From: an uncultured Bacilli bacterium
GTDB taxonomy: Bacteria > Bacillota_I > Bacilli_A > RF39 > UBA660
Direction of reading: 5' to 3'
Assembly (NCBI GenBank): GCA_934098385.1
Contig: CAKOOJ010000001.1
Coordinates: 137,249 to 201,248 of the forward strand
Length of the DNA stretch: 64,000 nucleotides
The notes beneath the pieces are model-generated. The model did not search any database, was not told the origin of the DNA, and worked only from the letters and a program-made list of their open reading frames with translations. The position numbers and the translations under genes were made by a program. Below, in pieces: positions 1-11,824 of this stretch (positions are counted from its first letter, which is position 1; the number at the start of each line of letters is the position of its first letter).

Positions 1-830
1 TATCTAAAAATTTATATTATGTTCATATTAATGCAGTTATATTTTCAAAAGATGTTGCATCAACAAATATGGAAGATTTATTTAATTATTTAGTTAGTAG
101 AGTTCAAATAAATTCTAATTATTATATTTTAATAAGTGATGATATAAAAGAATTATTAGATACTAAAGATAATGATAATGATATATTAGGAGAAAAAATA
201 GATAAATTAATAAATAATAGTACTAATAGTGGTACTATGGCTAATTATGATTTTATGGAAATATTAAGAAATTTCACTTCTCCAAATAAAGATATACATT
301 TAAATAAAATAAGTGTTAGAAATGATTTAACAACTATTAAAGATGGATATTATTTTAATGGCGAAAAATTAGCTGGAGAATTAGATAATAATGATTTAAA
401 ACTAATTAATTTATTTAAAAAAAGTAATAATATATATTTTACTTATAAATATAATAAAGATTATTATAATTTAAAAATAGATAGTTCAAATGTATCTTAT
501 AATATAAAAGATAAAATAAATATTAAATTAGATATAAAAGCTGATATAGATACTGCTGGAGAAAATATTAAAACTGCTAATATAAATGTTGTAGAAAAAT
601 TAAATAAACATACAGCACAAAGTATAGAACATGATTTGAATAATCTATTAAATAGGTTAAAAAAAGATAAGAGTGATATATTAGGTATAAATAATTATAT
701 TTATAAAATATATGGTAAGAAAAAGTTAGATTTTTTTAAAGATGATTTTGATATAAAAGTAAATGTAGTAATAAATAAAAAAGGTTTAGTACATGATACT
801 TTAGGAGGAAACTATCATGAAAAAGAATAA
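1..830 (+). CDS. Ger(x)C-family spore germination protein, C-terminal portion (5' end outside window)
   Basis: The frame of ORF 69..830 stays open back to base 3 (..LYYVHINAVIFSKDVAS..). It resembles the Ger(x)C C-terminal domain and overlaps the downstream GerAB-type permease gene by 14 nt. Confidence 0.4.
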   Translation, partial: SKNLYYVHINAVIFSKDVASTNMEDLFNYLVSRVQINSNYYILISDDIKELLDTKDNDNDILGEKIDKLINNSTNSGTMANYDFMEILRNFTSPNKDIHLNKISVRNDLTTIKDGYYFNGEKLAGELDNNDLKLINLFKKSNNIYFTYKYNKDYYNLKIDSSNVSYNIKDKINIKLDIKADIDTAGENIKTANINVVEKLNKHTAQSIEHDLNNLLNRLKKDKSDILGINNYIYKIYGKKKLDFFKDDFDIKVNVVINKKGLVHDTLGGNYHEKE

Positions 831-1806
831 AGAATATTTAAGTTTAACTAACTTTTTTAGTAAAGCTTTATTTCTTGGTATAGGATTATCAAAAGTATTA
901 ATTGATGCAAAAGAAAGTGCTATATTTAGTATAATACTAGGTACTATATTTGGTACTTTAATACTATTTATATTAAATAAATTATCTTTTTATAAATGTA
1001 ATGGATTAAGAAGATTTATTATGTTTATTATTATATATATATTACTTGTAATAGGTTTAACAGAATTTACTACTTTAATATCAAGTATATATTTAATAGA
1101 TATTAAAAAATATATTCTTATGTTACCTACTCTAGCTGTTATATTATATATGAATAGTAAAAATATAGAAGTACATTATAAAGTATCAAGTATGTTATAT
1201 ATTGTATCTTTTACTATATTTATTATTACATTTTTTAGTTTAGCACCTCAAATAGATTATTTAAATTTATTACCATTATTTAATGTTAGTTTTAAAAAAA
1301 TATTATTTACTTCTTTAGAATTTACTCTATTTAGTGTAGTACCTAATATATTATTAGGTGGATTAGATATTAAAAAGGATAATAAAATAATAAAAAGATA
1401 TTTAATGTCTAATTTATTATTAAGTTTAATGATATTAGTTACACAAGGTATATTAAGTGTAGAATTAGTAAGAATGTTTAAATATCCAGAATATATTGTT
1501 TTAAAAAAGATTAGTTTATTAGATTTTATTAATAATGTAGAAAATATTATATCTTTCTTATGGATATTTACTATATTTATGTATTTAAGTATATGTAGTA
1601 AAGAATTATATGATATGTCTTATGATACATTTAATAATAAATATATTTATCCTATATTTTTATTTATAAGTACTTATTTTATATCTAATTATTTTTTAGA
1701 TAATGTTAATTGTTTACTATTTTTATTTAATAATTTATGGTTAATATTATTAGTTATATTAGTAATATATATTTTAGTTAATGTGAAGAGTTTAAAAAAG
1801 AAATAA
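817..1806 (+). CDS. GerAB/GerKB-type spore germination permease-like integral membrane protein
   Basis: 329 aa with about 10 hydrophobic segments. The N-terminal stretch ..AKESAIFSIILGTIFGTLILFILNKL resembles the GerAB family. Translationally coupled to the Ger(x)C-like ORF. Confidence 0.5.
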   Translation: MKKNKEYLSLTNFFSKALFLGIGLSKVLIDAKESAIFSIILGTIFGTLILFILNKLSFYKCNGLRRFIMFIIIYILLVIGLTEFTTLISSIYLIDIKKYILMLPTLAVILYMNSKNIEVHYKVSSMLYIVSFTIFIITFFSLAPQIDYLNLLPLFNVSFKKILFTSLEFTLFSVVPNILLGGLDIKKDNKIIKRYLMSNLLLSLMILVTQGILSVELVRMFKYPEYIVLKKISLLDFINNVENIISFLWIFTIFMYLSICSKELYDMSYDTFNNKYIYPIFLFISTYFISNYFLDNVNCLLFLFNNLWLILLVILVIYILVNVKSLKKK

Positions 1807-1820
1807 TTTTTTAGTTTTAA

Positions 1821-3246
<1,426 letters not shown>

Positions 3247-3412
3247 CTAACACGTATAATTATATACTAATTTGAATAGAGATTACAACCAAAATTATTT
3301 CTTTTACTTCTAATAAAAGAAAAAATCATAACTTAAGTATGATCTTATATATTTTGGAATAATTATCATCCATTATTTAAAAGCCCGAATTTTATAAAAA
3401 AGGGCGGGTTTT

Positions 3413-5317
3413 TTAAGCAATTTTGTAGTCGTCTTCTAGTGAAAATTCTACATTTTCGTCTATCCATTCTTTTCTAGGTTCTACTGAATCTCCCATAAGT
3501 GTATTTACTCTTTTTTCAGCAAGTACTGCATCATTTATAGAAACTTTTATTAGGTTTCTACTTTCAGGGCACATTGTTGTTTCCCAGAATGGACCAGGGT
3601 TCATTTCTCCTAATCCTTTATATCTTTGTACTTTATAATTACTTTTTCCATTAGTGTATAGTTTTAATTCTTCATTTGTCCAAAAATATTTAGTTTCTTT
3701 ATTATAGTCTACTCTAAATAGTGGAGGCATTGCTATATATAAATGTCCTGCTTCTATTAATGGTTTCATAAATCTATAAAAGAAAGTTAATAGTAAACAT
3801 TGAATATGTGCACCATCATCATCAGCATCGGTAGTAATTATTACTTTATCATAATTTATATCACTAATATCGAAATCGTTTCCAACTCCTGCACCTACAC
3901 AATGAATTATAGTATTTATTTCTTCATTTTTGAATATATCACTAACATTTGCTTTTTCTGTGTTAATTATTTTTCCTCTCAAAGGAAGTATTGCTTGAAA
4001 TTTTCTATCTCTACTTTTTTTTGCGGTACCACCGGCACTATTTCCTTCCACTATGAATAATTCATTAATTTTGGGATTTCTTGATTGAGGTGGTGTTAGT
4101 TTAGCACTTAAACTTTTCGCTTCTCCTTTTTTTCCTTTACCATTTCTGGCTTCTTCTCTAGCTTTTCTTGCAGCCAATCTTGCAGTTCTACTCTTTGTTG
4201 CTTTCTCTAATATTTTAACCGCAGTATCACGATTTTCTTCTAAGAAAAACTTTAAATTATCATAAACAATGGATTCAACAACGTTTCTAGCTTCTGGTGT
4301 TCCTAACTTACCTTTTGTTTGTCCTTCGAATTGTAAAAATTTCTCTGGTATTTTTAAATTAATTACAGCAGTTAAACCTTCCCTAACATCACTTCCATCA
4401 AAATTTGCATCTTTGGCTTTTAATATTCCATTTGTTCTAGCATAATCATTAAATACTTTAGTAATTCCTGTTTTGAAACCTACTTCGTGAGTTCCACCAT
4501 CTCCAGTTTTAACATTGTTTACAAAAGACAAAATATCTTCACTATAACTATCTGTATATTGAAGTGCAATGTCCACTTCAATATCATTTTTTATACCATG
4601 AATTGGAACTACTTTATGTAGGGCATTTTTATTTTCATTTATATATTCAACAAATGATATTAATCCATTATCATAGTGATATGTAGCATGTTTATCATCT
4701 GCAATATCATGTATTTCAACGGTTAATGCTTTTAGCAAAAATGCACTTTCTTGCATTCTTTCACATAATGTTGTAAAAGAAAAATCTCTTTGTTTAAATA
4801 TTTCTTTATCTGGCATAAAAGTAACTTCTGTACCAGTTTCTTTAGTTGTTCCAATTTGTTTAAGCGAACTTTTTACGTGTCCGCCTTTTTCAAATTTAAT
4901 TTCACATATCTTGCCATCTCTGTAAATTACAACATTCATCCACTTACTAAGCGCATTAACGACGCTAGCACCTACGCCATGTAAACCACCAGATACTTTA
5001 TATCCACTTTCAGTAAATTTACCTCCAGCGTGAAGTATTGTATATATTACTTCTGGAGTACTTTTTCCACTTTCATGTTTTCCTATTGGAACACCACGTC
5101 CATTATCTCTAACTGTTAAACTTCCGTCTTCATTTATTGTTATTATTATTTTAGAACCAAAACCATTAATAATTTCATCTATACCATTATCAATTATTTC
5201 CCACGCTAAATGGTGAAGTCCTCTTTTATCTGTAGATCCAATATACATACCTGGTCTTTTTCTAACCGCTTCTAAACCTTCTAATATTTTTATTGAACTC
5301 TCATCATATTTTGCCAT
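3413..5317 (-). CDS. parE: type IIA topoisomerase B subunit, most likely topoisomerase IV subunit B
   Basis: ILEGLEAVRKRPGMYIGST, GHKL ATPase and Toprim (EGNSAGG, DADDDGAHI) motifs. The C-terminus ..VEPRKEWIDENVEFSLEDD resembles ParE rather than the GyrB ..Y.NLDI ending. No parC or gyrA is adjacent. Confidence 0.85.
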   Translation of the reverse strand: MAKYDESSIKILEGLEAVRKRPGMYIGSTDKRGLHHLAWEIIDNGIDEIINGFGSKIIITINEDGSLTVRDNGRGVPIGKHESGKSTPEVIYTILHAGGKFTESGYKVSGGLHGVGASVVNALSKWMNVVIYRDGKICEIKFEKGGHVKSSLKQIGTTKETGTEVTFMPDKEIFKQRDFSFTTLCERMQESAFLLKALTVEIHDIADDKHATYHYDNGLISFVEYINENKNALHKVVPIHGIKNDIEVDIALQYTDSYSEDILSFVNNVKTGDGGTHEVGFKTGITKVFNDYARTNGILKAKDANFDGSDVREGLTAVINLKIPEKFLQFEGQTKGKLGTPEARNVVESIVYDNLKFFLEENRDTAVKILEKATKSRTARLAARKAREEARNGKGKKGEAKSLSAKLTPPQSRNPKINELFIVEGNSAGGTAKKSRDRKFQAILPLRGKIINTEKANVSDIFKNEEINTIIHCVGAGVGNDFDISDINYDKVIITTDADDDGAHIQCLLLTFFYRFMKPLIEAGHLYIAMPPLFRVDYNKETKYFWTNEELKLYTNGKSNYKVQRYKGLGEMNPGPFWETTMCPESRNLIKVSINDAVLAEKRVNTLMGDSVEPRKEWIDENVEFSLEDDYKIA

Positions 5318-5371
5318 TCTATCACCTTATCCCTAAAAATTTTAACATATCAAATTTAAAAAAACAACTTA

Positions 5372-5644
5372 TCAATAATCTGATACTTTGTTTTCTTCTA
5401 AATAACTATTCAAAAATTTATTAACAAACACATTTTTTAAAAAATCTATATCATTTTCATTAGTTATTGGAGTAAGTGTATTATTTTCTGTTTGTTTAAA
5501 AAACACACTTTCTTCAGTAGGTATCTCAGTATCATTATCAACTTCTAAAGTTAAATAGTACACACTACCATTTTCTATACTACTATCTGTTATAATATAT
5601 TTCTTATTATTAGATAGTTCTACAATAGCCCCACTTTCTATCAT
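5372..5644 (-). CDS. hypothetical acidic protein
   Basis: 90-aa ORF, abutting the next ORF. No motif recognised. Confidence 0.35.
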   Translation of the reverse strand: MIESGAIVELSNNKKYIITDSSIENGSVYYLTLEVDNDTEIPTEESVFFKQTENNTLTPITNENDIDFLKNVFVNKFLNSYLEENKVSDY

Positions 5645-6169
5645 TTAACATTTCCCCAATCCCTTTTTTATAATATCATCATTATCAATTCTATCATCTA
5701 CATACTCAACTTTATCAAATTTTTTATCAAACTTTTTAACTATCTTTGTTTCTAATAGAATAGATGTTAATCTATCTTTTACATAAGTTTTATCAAAGTT
5801 ACCACTATAATTTCTATTAACTAACATATTTTTTATTTTAAAATAATATTTATTTAATACTTCTAATATATTATCTTCTCTTAATTCTATATCATTTTCA
5901 TACAAGAAACTCTTTATAACTTTTTCTGTAATTTTTTTACATAAATTAGCATTGTATAATCTTTTAATTTTTTTGATTTTTAAAGGTTCATCTTCCATAG
6001 TTATTTTAGTACTATAATATTTTTTATTAACACTATCACTTTTTAATAAATCTTGTAGTAACATATTATAATATATTTTAGTATTTCTTTTTTCTTCAAT
6101 GGAATCTGTATTTTCATATAATGCACTTAAAATATTTAGTTTTTTTTCTATCAAAAAGGTATCTTTCAT
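5645..6169 (-). CDS. hypothetical protein
   Basis: 174-aa ORF on the gene-dense minus strand. No motif recognised. Confidence 0.35.
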   Translation of the reverse strand: MKDTFLIEKKLNILSALYENTDSIEEKRNTKIYYNMLLQDLLKSDSVNKKYYSTKITMEDEPLKIKKIKRLYNANLCKKITEKVIKSFLYENDIELREDNILEVLNKYYFKIKNMLVNRNYSGNFDKTYVKDRLTSILLETKIVKKFDKKFDKVEYVDDRIDNDDIIKKGLGKC

Positions 6170-6232
6170 AACATCACCTACTATATTAAGTATAATTTAT
6201 TTGTTGTTAAAAGTAAAGAAAAAACGAATAAT

Positions 6233-7447
6233 TTATTCGTTATCAGTTCCACATTTAGGACATATTGAAACAATACTAGGCATTTCGTTTCCACAATTTT
6301 TACAATATTTTTTATTATCAGTTATTGTTTTTTCTGATGTTTCTGCTTGATTATCATTATTATTTAATTGTATTGTATCACTTACTTCTGTTGTTTCTGT
6401 TTGAGTGTTGCCTGAAAGTATTGTTTCAGTTTGATTGTCATTATTTTCAGTAATAATAGTTGGTTTTGAATTAAATGCATTTATTACTTGAGGTTCTTCT
6501 TTAGGTAGTATTTTCTCTTCTTCAACCTTTTCCACTGTAGTTTGTAAATTGTTATTTACATTATCATTTAAAGTCATGTTAAATGCATTTACTGTTTTGT
6601 TATTATTAATATTATTTTCTGTTGGAACAACATTTTCTTTTGAAATATTTGTTTCTAAATTTGTATTTTCATTAATAGGTATTTCAAGTGGAATATCATT
6701 TTGAGTTTCATTCATATTATTATCTACTTGAATATTATCAATATTTGTATTTAGTTCAGTAGGTATATTGTTTTCAACTTCGTTGTTCTCATTAACAATT
6801 GGTTCTACAACTGCTGGTTCTTCTACACTTTCATTATTGATAACTGGTATTTCAGCATTGTTATTTTCTGTTTCAACTGTTGTAGTATCCCCATTTTCTA
6901 CTGTTGGAATATTGTTATTTTCTATTTCAACATTTTCTATTGTTGGAAAAGAACTATTTAATACATTATCATTAACTATATTTGTATCAGTATCATTATT
7001 ATTTTCATTAATTATATTCATTGCATTAAAATTATTATTTATAGTTGGTTGTTTTTTATCTTCTTCTTCAGAAAAAGCAAGTAATGGAACAAATATTATT
7101 GGTAATAATAACAATCCTATTCCAAAGCCTGTACTTTTATTAAAACTCTTTGCCAAAGAAATATTTATTTTTATTATTGCATAAATATTTACAAATGGTA
7201 TAAGTAATAATAAGAAATAAATCATTGAAAGATTTGCAACTTGTATTTGTACTATTACATTATATATTGGAACAAGTATTGCCCAACCTGGTTTTCCTTT
7301 CTTTTTAAATATTTTCCAGTAAGATATAATCATTATTATACTTAAAATTAATGAAAAAATAATAATTCCTATAAATAATGCTGTTAATCCAGCGTTATTT
7401 GTTGTTGTATCATATATTCCTCCCATATCACTTGATAAATCTTGCAT
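6233..7447 (-). CDS. membrane protein with a DUF5684-like TM module, a long Asn/Glu/Thr-rich linker and a C-terminal zinc ribbon
   Basis: N-terminus ..YWKIFKKKGKPGWAILVPIYNVIVQ.. (DUF5684-like, from memory). Low-complexity middle. C-terminus CKNC..N12..CPKC. Confidence 0.5.
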   Translation of the reverse strand: MQDLSSDMGGIYDTTTNNAGLTALFIGIIIFSLILSIIMIISYWKIFKKKGKPGWAILVPIYNVIVQIQVANLSMIYFLLLLIPFVNIYAIIKINISLAKSFNKSTGFGIGLLLLPIIFVPLLAFSEEEDKKQPTINNNFNAMNIINENNNDTDTNIVNDNVLNSSFPTIENVEIENNNIPTVENGDTTTVETENNNAEIPVINNESVEEPAVVEPIVNENNEVENNIPTELNTNIDNIQVDNNMNETQNDIPLEIPINENTNLETNISKENVVPTENNINNNKTVNAFNMTLNDNVNNNLQTTVEKVEEEKILPKEEPQVINAFNSKPTIITENNDNQTETILSGNTQTETTEVSDTIQLNNNDNQAETSEKTITDNKKYCKNCGNEMPSIVSICPKCGTDNE

Positions 7448-7502
7448 ATTATTAAACTCCTCTCTCTATTATAGATTATATAAAAGTTAGTAAATTAATG
7501 CA

Positions 7503-7527
7503 AGAAAAAACTACTAATTTAGTAGTT
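7503..7527 (-). terminator. intrinsic terminator of valS (hairpin overlaps the stop codon)
   Basis: Minus strand AACTACTA-loop-TAGTAGTT followed by TTTTTCTT. Confidence 0.6.
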
Positions 7528-10039
7528 CTTCTAATTTTTTCTTTTCTTCTTCAAGTTTTTTTCTATCTAATTCAACTATATTCTTTGGAGCTTTATTTAC
7601 ATAGTTATCATTTGATAATAATTTTTCTCTTCTTTCTATAGAAGATTTTAATAATTTTATTTGTCCTTCTTTTAATAGTTTATCTGCTTCTGTTTCAATT
7701 TTTTCAAAATATATAGTTGCTTTTATTTTATTTGAAAATACTTTATATGATTTAATACCTAGTGGTCTATCAACTAAATTATTATCTAATTTCAACATTT
7801 TTACTATTAAATCATTATTATCTGTTGTATCAAACATTACTTTCATATCTTTCGTAATATTATTTTCTGCTTTAATATTTCTAAAATTTTTAATGAAATC
7901 TATTTCGTCATCTACTACTTGTTCTTCTAATTCAAATATATATTTTTTATTGTGTTTTGGGTAAGTAGAAATCATAATAGACTCTGTTTCTTTAACTGGT
8001 AACATACTATATATTTCTTCTGTAACATATGGCATAAATGGATGTAACATTTTTAATATGTTTGTAAGTATATAGCATAATACACTCTTAGTAGTATGGT
8101 TATCTATTGTATATTTTGCCATTTCTATATAGTAATCACAGAAATAATTCCATGTAAATTCATAAATTGCACTTGATGCATTATTAAATTCGTATTTGTC
8201 CATAAATTTCTTTACTGTACTTAGTGTATTTTCATATTTAGTTAGTATCCATTTATCTACTGGTTGTAAGTTTTCTAATTTTATTTCTTTTAAATCTTCT
8301 ATATTAGATAATACAAATCTTGATGCATTCCAAATTTTATTAATATAATTCCAAGCAGATTTTATTTTTTCTTCATCAAATCTCATATCTGTTCCTGGTG
8401 CTACATCTGTTGCTAGGTAATATCTTAATGCATCTGCTCCATATAAATCTATCATATCAAATGGATCTATTCCATTGCCTAAACTTTTTGAAAATTTTCT
8501 ACCTTGTTTATCACGTATAAGTCCATGTATTAAGCAATCTTTAAAAGGTCTTTTTCCTAATATTTCTTCTCCCTGGAATGTCATTCTGTTTACCCAAAAA
8601 GGTATGATATCGTATCCAGTAACTAATACATTATTAGGATAATATCTATTTACTAAGTCCATGTTATTAGGCCAACCTAATGTTGCAAAAGGCCATAATG
8701 CACTAGAGAACCATGTATCAAGAACATCTTCATCTTGTACCCAGCCTTCTCCTTTAGGTGCTTCTATTCCTACATAAACTTCTTCACCTTTATACCAAGC
8801 AGGAATTCTGTGTCCCCACCATAATTGTCTTGATATACACCAATCATATGTTATTTCCATCCAGTGATTCATAGTTTTTTCAAAATTTGTTGGAACAAAA
8901 TGTACTTTAGTTTTTGTATCACGTTGATTTTCTAATACTTTATCTGCAAGTGGTCTCATTTTAACAAACCATTGTTTTTTTATCATTGGTTCAATTATTG
9001 CATTAGTTCTTTCACTATGTCCTACTTCGTGAACAATTGGTTCAACTTTTAAAAGTATACCAGTATTTTTTAATTCTTCAATAACTTTTTCACGTGCATC
9101 TTCTCTACTTAGTCCTTTATATTTACCACAATTTTCGTTTAAAGTAGCATCATCATTCATTATAATAATTCTCTCTAAGTTATGTCGATTACCTACTTCA
9201 AAGTCATTAGGGTCACTTGCTGGAGTAATTTTTACAGCTCCTGTGCCTTTAGTCATATCAGCATGTTCGTCTGTTATAATTGGAATTGGTTTATTAAGTA
9301 TTGGTAATATGACTTTTTTTCCAATATACTTTTTATATCTAGGATCATTTTCGTTAACTGCTACAGCAGTATCGCCAAACAAAGTTTCTGGACGTGTTGT
9401 TGCAACTACAATATATTCTTCACTATCTTCTAATTTATACTTTAAGTGATAATATGCGCTTTTTTCTTCATTATAAAGAACTTCTTCATTAGATAATGCT
9501 GTTTTTGCAATAGGATCCCAATTTATTAACTTTTCTCCACGATAAATAAGTCCTTTATTGTAATAATCTACAAAAACTTTTTTTATTGCATCTTCCATAC
9601 CTTTATCTAAAGTAAATCTTTCTTTAGAATAATCAAGTGATACACCAAGTTTTGCCCATTGTTTTCTAATATATTCTGCGTGTTCATTAGTCCACTTCCA
9701 ACATTCATCTAAGAAGGCTTCTCTACCTATTTTATATTTATCTTTACCATTATCTTTAAGTCTTTTAACAACTTTTGCTTCTGTTGCTATTGCTGCATGA
9801 TCCATTCCAGGAAGCCATAGTGCGTCATATCCTTCCATTCTTTTATATCTAATAATTGCATCTTGAAGTGCTATATCCAGTGCATGTCCTAAATGAAGTA
9901 CACCAGTAACATTAGGAGGAGGTAAAACTATACAAAATGGTTTCTTTGTTTCATCTCCACATTTAAAATAACCTTTCTTCATCCAATAATCATATTTACC
10001 AGTTTCTACTTGCTTATGATTATATTTTTTGTCTAACAT
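7514..10039 (-). CDS. valS: valyl-tRNA synthetase
   Basis: 841 aa. PPPNVTGVLHLGHAL (HIGH), KFSKSLGN (KMSKS), and a C-terminal coiled coil. Confidence 0.97.
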   Translation of the reverse strand: MLDKKYNHKQVETGKYDYWMKKGYFKCGDETKKPFCIVLPPPNVTGVLHLGHALDIALQDAIIRYKRMEGYDALWLPGMDHAAIATEAKVVKRLKDNGKDKYKIGREAFLDECWKWTNEHAEYIRKQWAKLGVSLDYSKERFTLDKGMEDAIKKVFVDYYNKGLIYRGEKLINWDPIAKTALSNEEVLYNEEKSAYYHLKYKLEDSEEYIVVATTRPETLFGDTAVAVNENDPRYKKYIGKKVILPILNKPIPIITDEHADMTKGTGAVKITPASDPNDFEVGNRHNLERIIIMNDDATLNENCGKYKGLSREDAREKVIEELKNTGILLKVEPIVHEVGHSERTNAIIEPMIKKQWFVKMRPLADKVLENQRDTKTKVHFVPTNFEKTMNHWMEITYDWCISRQLWWGHRIPAWYKGEEVYVGIEAPKGEGWVQDEDVLDTWFSSALWPFATLGWPNNMDLVNRYYPNNVLVTGYDIIPFWVNRMTFQGEEILGKRPFKDCLIHGLIRDKQGRKFSKSLGNGIDPFDMIDLYGADALRYYLATDVAPGTDMRFDEEKIKSAWNYINKIWNASRFVLSNIEDLKEIKLENLQPVDKWILTKYENTLSTVKKFMDKYEFNNASSAIYEFTWNYFCDYYIEMAKYTIDNHTTKSVLCYILTNILKMLHPFMPYVTEEIYSMLPVKETESIMISTYPKHNKKYIFELEEQVVDDEIDFIKNFRNIKAENNITKDMKVMFDTTDNNDLIVKMLKLDNNLVDRPLGIKSYKVFSNKIKATIYFEKIETEADKLLKEGQIKLLKSSIERREKLLSNDNYVNKAPKNIVELDRKKLEEEKKKLEELLN

Positions 10040-10063
10040 AATATCAAATCCCTTCCATAATAT

Positions 10064-10276
10064 AAAAACACGATATTCCTAAGGACGAAATACCGTGTTA
10101 CCACCTTATTTTATGTATAAAATACATCTCAAAACTTTAACGCAGTTAACGTAATATTCTACTAATTTCAAATATTCTGTTCCATTGCTACCTTCTATTA
10201 TAATTTTTATTAGTTTACACCAACCACTAACTCTCTAAAAAAAAATATATAATATACTCCTCAACTTCATAACATT
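10064..10276 (-). promoter_or_regulatory. T-box leader (tRNA-sensing riboswitch) of valS
   Basis: The minus strand carries an AGAGAG box and the conserved T-box sequence GGTGGTAACACGG (10093..10105). This is followed by the terminator ACACGGTATT-N11-AATATCGTGT plus TTTTTAT just upstream of the valS RBS. The specifier codon could not be assigned confidently (GUA and GUU candidates). Confidence 0.8.
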
Positions 10277-10282
10277 TTCTAT

Positions 10283-10311
10283 ATTATAAAATACTTTTTT
10301 TGTTTTTTCAA
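10283..10311 (-). promoter_or_regulatory. sigma-A-type promoter for the valS leader
   Basis: TTGAAA-17 nt-TATAAT on the minus strand. Confidence 0.55.
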
Positions 10312-10321
10312 GAAAAAATTA

Positions 10322-10350
10322 TTGATAATAATTAAATAATATTTTATAAT
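10322..10350 (+). promoter_or_regulatory. sigma-A-type promoter for the PilB/GspE-like ATPase gene
   Basis: TTGATA-17 nt-TATAAT, about 25 nt upstream of the AAGGAGTGG RBS. Confidence 0.5.
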
Positions 10351-10375
10351 TAATTATAGAATAAGGAGTGGTGTT

Positions 10376-11776
10376 ATGGATAATAATATTTATAATGATA
10401 TTTTAAGTACTAATAATAGTGATTCTAACACTAATCCAACTAATTTTATGAAGAATTATGATTATGATAATGTTGCTATTACTGACATTGTTAATTCTAT
10501 AATTGTTGATGCTATAAATAATAAAGCAAGTGATATACATTTTAATCCTACGGAAGATGGGATAGATATTAGGATACGTGTAGATGGTGAACTTAGAAAT
10601 TATAGTAAAGTCCCACTATCTGTTAAAAAGAATATGATAACTAGAGTTAAAATTCTTGCTGGCATGAACATTACAGAAAGTAGAATACCACAAGATGGTG
10701 CTATCAAACAAAAAATATTAGATAAAGATGTAGATTTGCGTGTTTCTTCACTTCCTACTAATATGGGTGAAAATATTGTAATCCGTATATTAGATTATAC
10801 AATGAGTACACAAGGTATTGAGACATTAGGTTTTAATGAAACTAATTTAAAAAAATTATTAAAAATGATTAGTGAACCAAATGGTATAATACTTGTAACT
10901 GGTGCTACTGGTAGTGGTAAATCAACTACTGTTTATTCCATTTTACAAAGATTAAATACAATAGAAAGAAACATTATTACTGTAGAAGATCCAATAGAAA
11001 TGAATATACCAGGTATTAATCAAGTACAAGTAATTAGTGATATAGGTCTTACTTTTGCAGCAAGTTTGCGTAGTATTTTACGTCAAGACCCTGATATTAT
11101 AATGATTGGAGAAATAAGAGATGACGAAACTGCTCGTATTGCGGTACGTGCTTCTATAACAGGTCACTTAGTTCTTTCTACAATACATACAAATAGTGCT
11201 TTAAATACTATTGAAAGATTAACTGATATGAATATTGAAAGATATTTGTTAGGTACTGCTTTAACTGGAATAGTTAGTCAAAAATTAACTAAAAAATTAT
11301 GTCCTTATTGTAGAGGAGTTAGACCTACTACACCATATGAAAAAAAAGTATTTAAAAATAGTTTAAATTTAGATATTAATGAAATATATGAAGCAAAGGG
11401 TTGTGATAAATGTCATAATGGTTATAGTGGACGTATGGCAATACATGAAGTACTTTTAATAGATCAAGAAATTAAAGATGCAATTACAAATAATATAAAT
11501 AAAGAAAAATTAAGAGATTTAGTTTATGGTAATGGAACAATTACTATGTTACAAGATGGTTTGACTAAAGTGATTAATGGTGATACTACTTTTGAAGAAT
11601 TAATGAAAGCTATTGATGTTGACGATTCAGATTTAACTACTAAAGGATTGACTGAATCTCTAGAAATATCTGAAAAAAATAAAGATGTTTTAAAAGATAA
11701 TGCTAATTATAAAAAATTACAACAAAAAACTGATGCTGATTACGAAGTATTTGATTTAGATTTTTTAAATAAATAA
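10376..11776 (+). CDS. GspE/PilB-family secretion/type IV pilus ATPase (orphan)
   Basis: Walker A GATGSGKST, the RQDPDIIMIGEIRD box, a His box, and the tetracysteine CPYC..CDKC. Has an acidic ~60-aa C-terminal tail. No pilC, pilM or prepilin peptidase is nearby. Confidence 0.85.
   Translation: MDNNIYNDILSTNNSDSNTNPTNFMKNYDYDNVAITDIVNSIIVDAINNKASDIHFNPTEDGIDIRIRVDGELRNYSKVPLSVKKNMITRVKILAGMNITESRIPQDGAIKQKILDKDVDLRVSSLPTNMGENIVIRILDYTMSTQGIETLGFNETNLKKLLKMISEPNGIILVTGATGSGKSTTVYSILQRLNTIERNIITVEDPIEMNIPGINQVQVISDIGLTFAASLRSILRQDPDIIMIGEIRDDETARIAVRASITGHLVLSTIHTNSALNTIERLTDMNIERYLLGTALTGIVSQKLTKKLCPYCRGVRPTTPYEKKVFKNSLNLDINEIYEAKGCDKCHNGYSGRMAIHEVLLIDQEIKDAITNNINKEKLRDLVYGNGTITMLQDGLTKVINGDTTFEELMKAIDVDDSDLTTKGLTESLEISEKNKDVLKDNANYKKLQQKTDADYEVFDLDFLNK
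11725..11763. repeat. 39-bp perfect direct repeat, copy 1 (inside the 3' end of the ATPase gene)
   Basis: aaaaactgatgctgattacgaagtatttgatttagattt, identical to 12605..12643. Confidence 0.9.
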
Positions 11777-11806
11777 ACTAAGTAAATTTATGAACTTAGT
11801 TTTTAT
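11776..11806 (+). terminator. intrinsic terminator after the present ATPase stop codon
   Basis: AACTAAGT-N9-ACTTAGTT followed by TTTTATTT. Confidence 0.6.
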
Positions 11807-11824
11807 TTATAAAATAAAATATAA

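Noticed and set aside
3381-3412. GC-rich element aaGCCCgaattttataaaaaaGGGCgggtttttt downstream of parE as an intrinsic terminator.
   Set aside because: Only a 4-5-bp stem with a ~16-nt loop. It may function, but the evidence is too weak to list as a feature.
3800-4060. Plus-strand ORFs lying antisense inside well-conserved minus-strand genes. Examples: 3800..4060, 4790..4984, 6768..7184, 9243..9449, 14101..15426, 22060..22380, 24556..25089, 38631..38963, 52296..52745, 56783..57430, 58920..59612, 59766..60110.
   Set aside because: All are shadow frames of confidently identified genes. They have low-complexity Ser/Leu/Phe/Ile-rich translations, no RBS and no recognisable motifs. This is expected in AT-rich DNA where the antisense frame is poor in stop codons.
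10376-11776. A complete type IV pilus, competence or T2SS locus built around the PilB/GspE-like ATPase, the Flp pilin and the TYAYF-signal proteins.
   Set aside because: No platform protein (PilC/GspF/TadB/C), prepilin peptidase, secretin-less assembly genes or minor pilins are adjacent. The TYAYF proteins have SipW-type rather than prepilin-type signals. The Flp pilin belongs to a different (Tad) system from a GspE/PilB ATPase. No single-system model is supported by this window.
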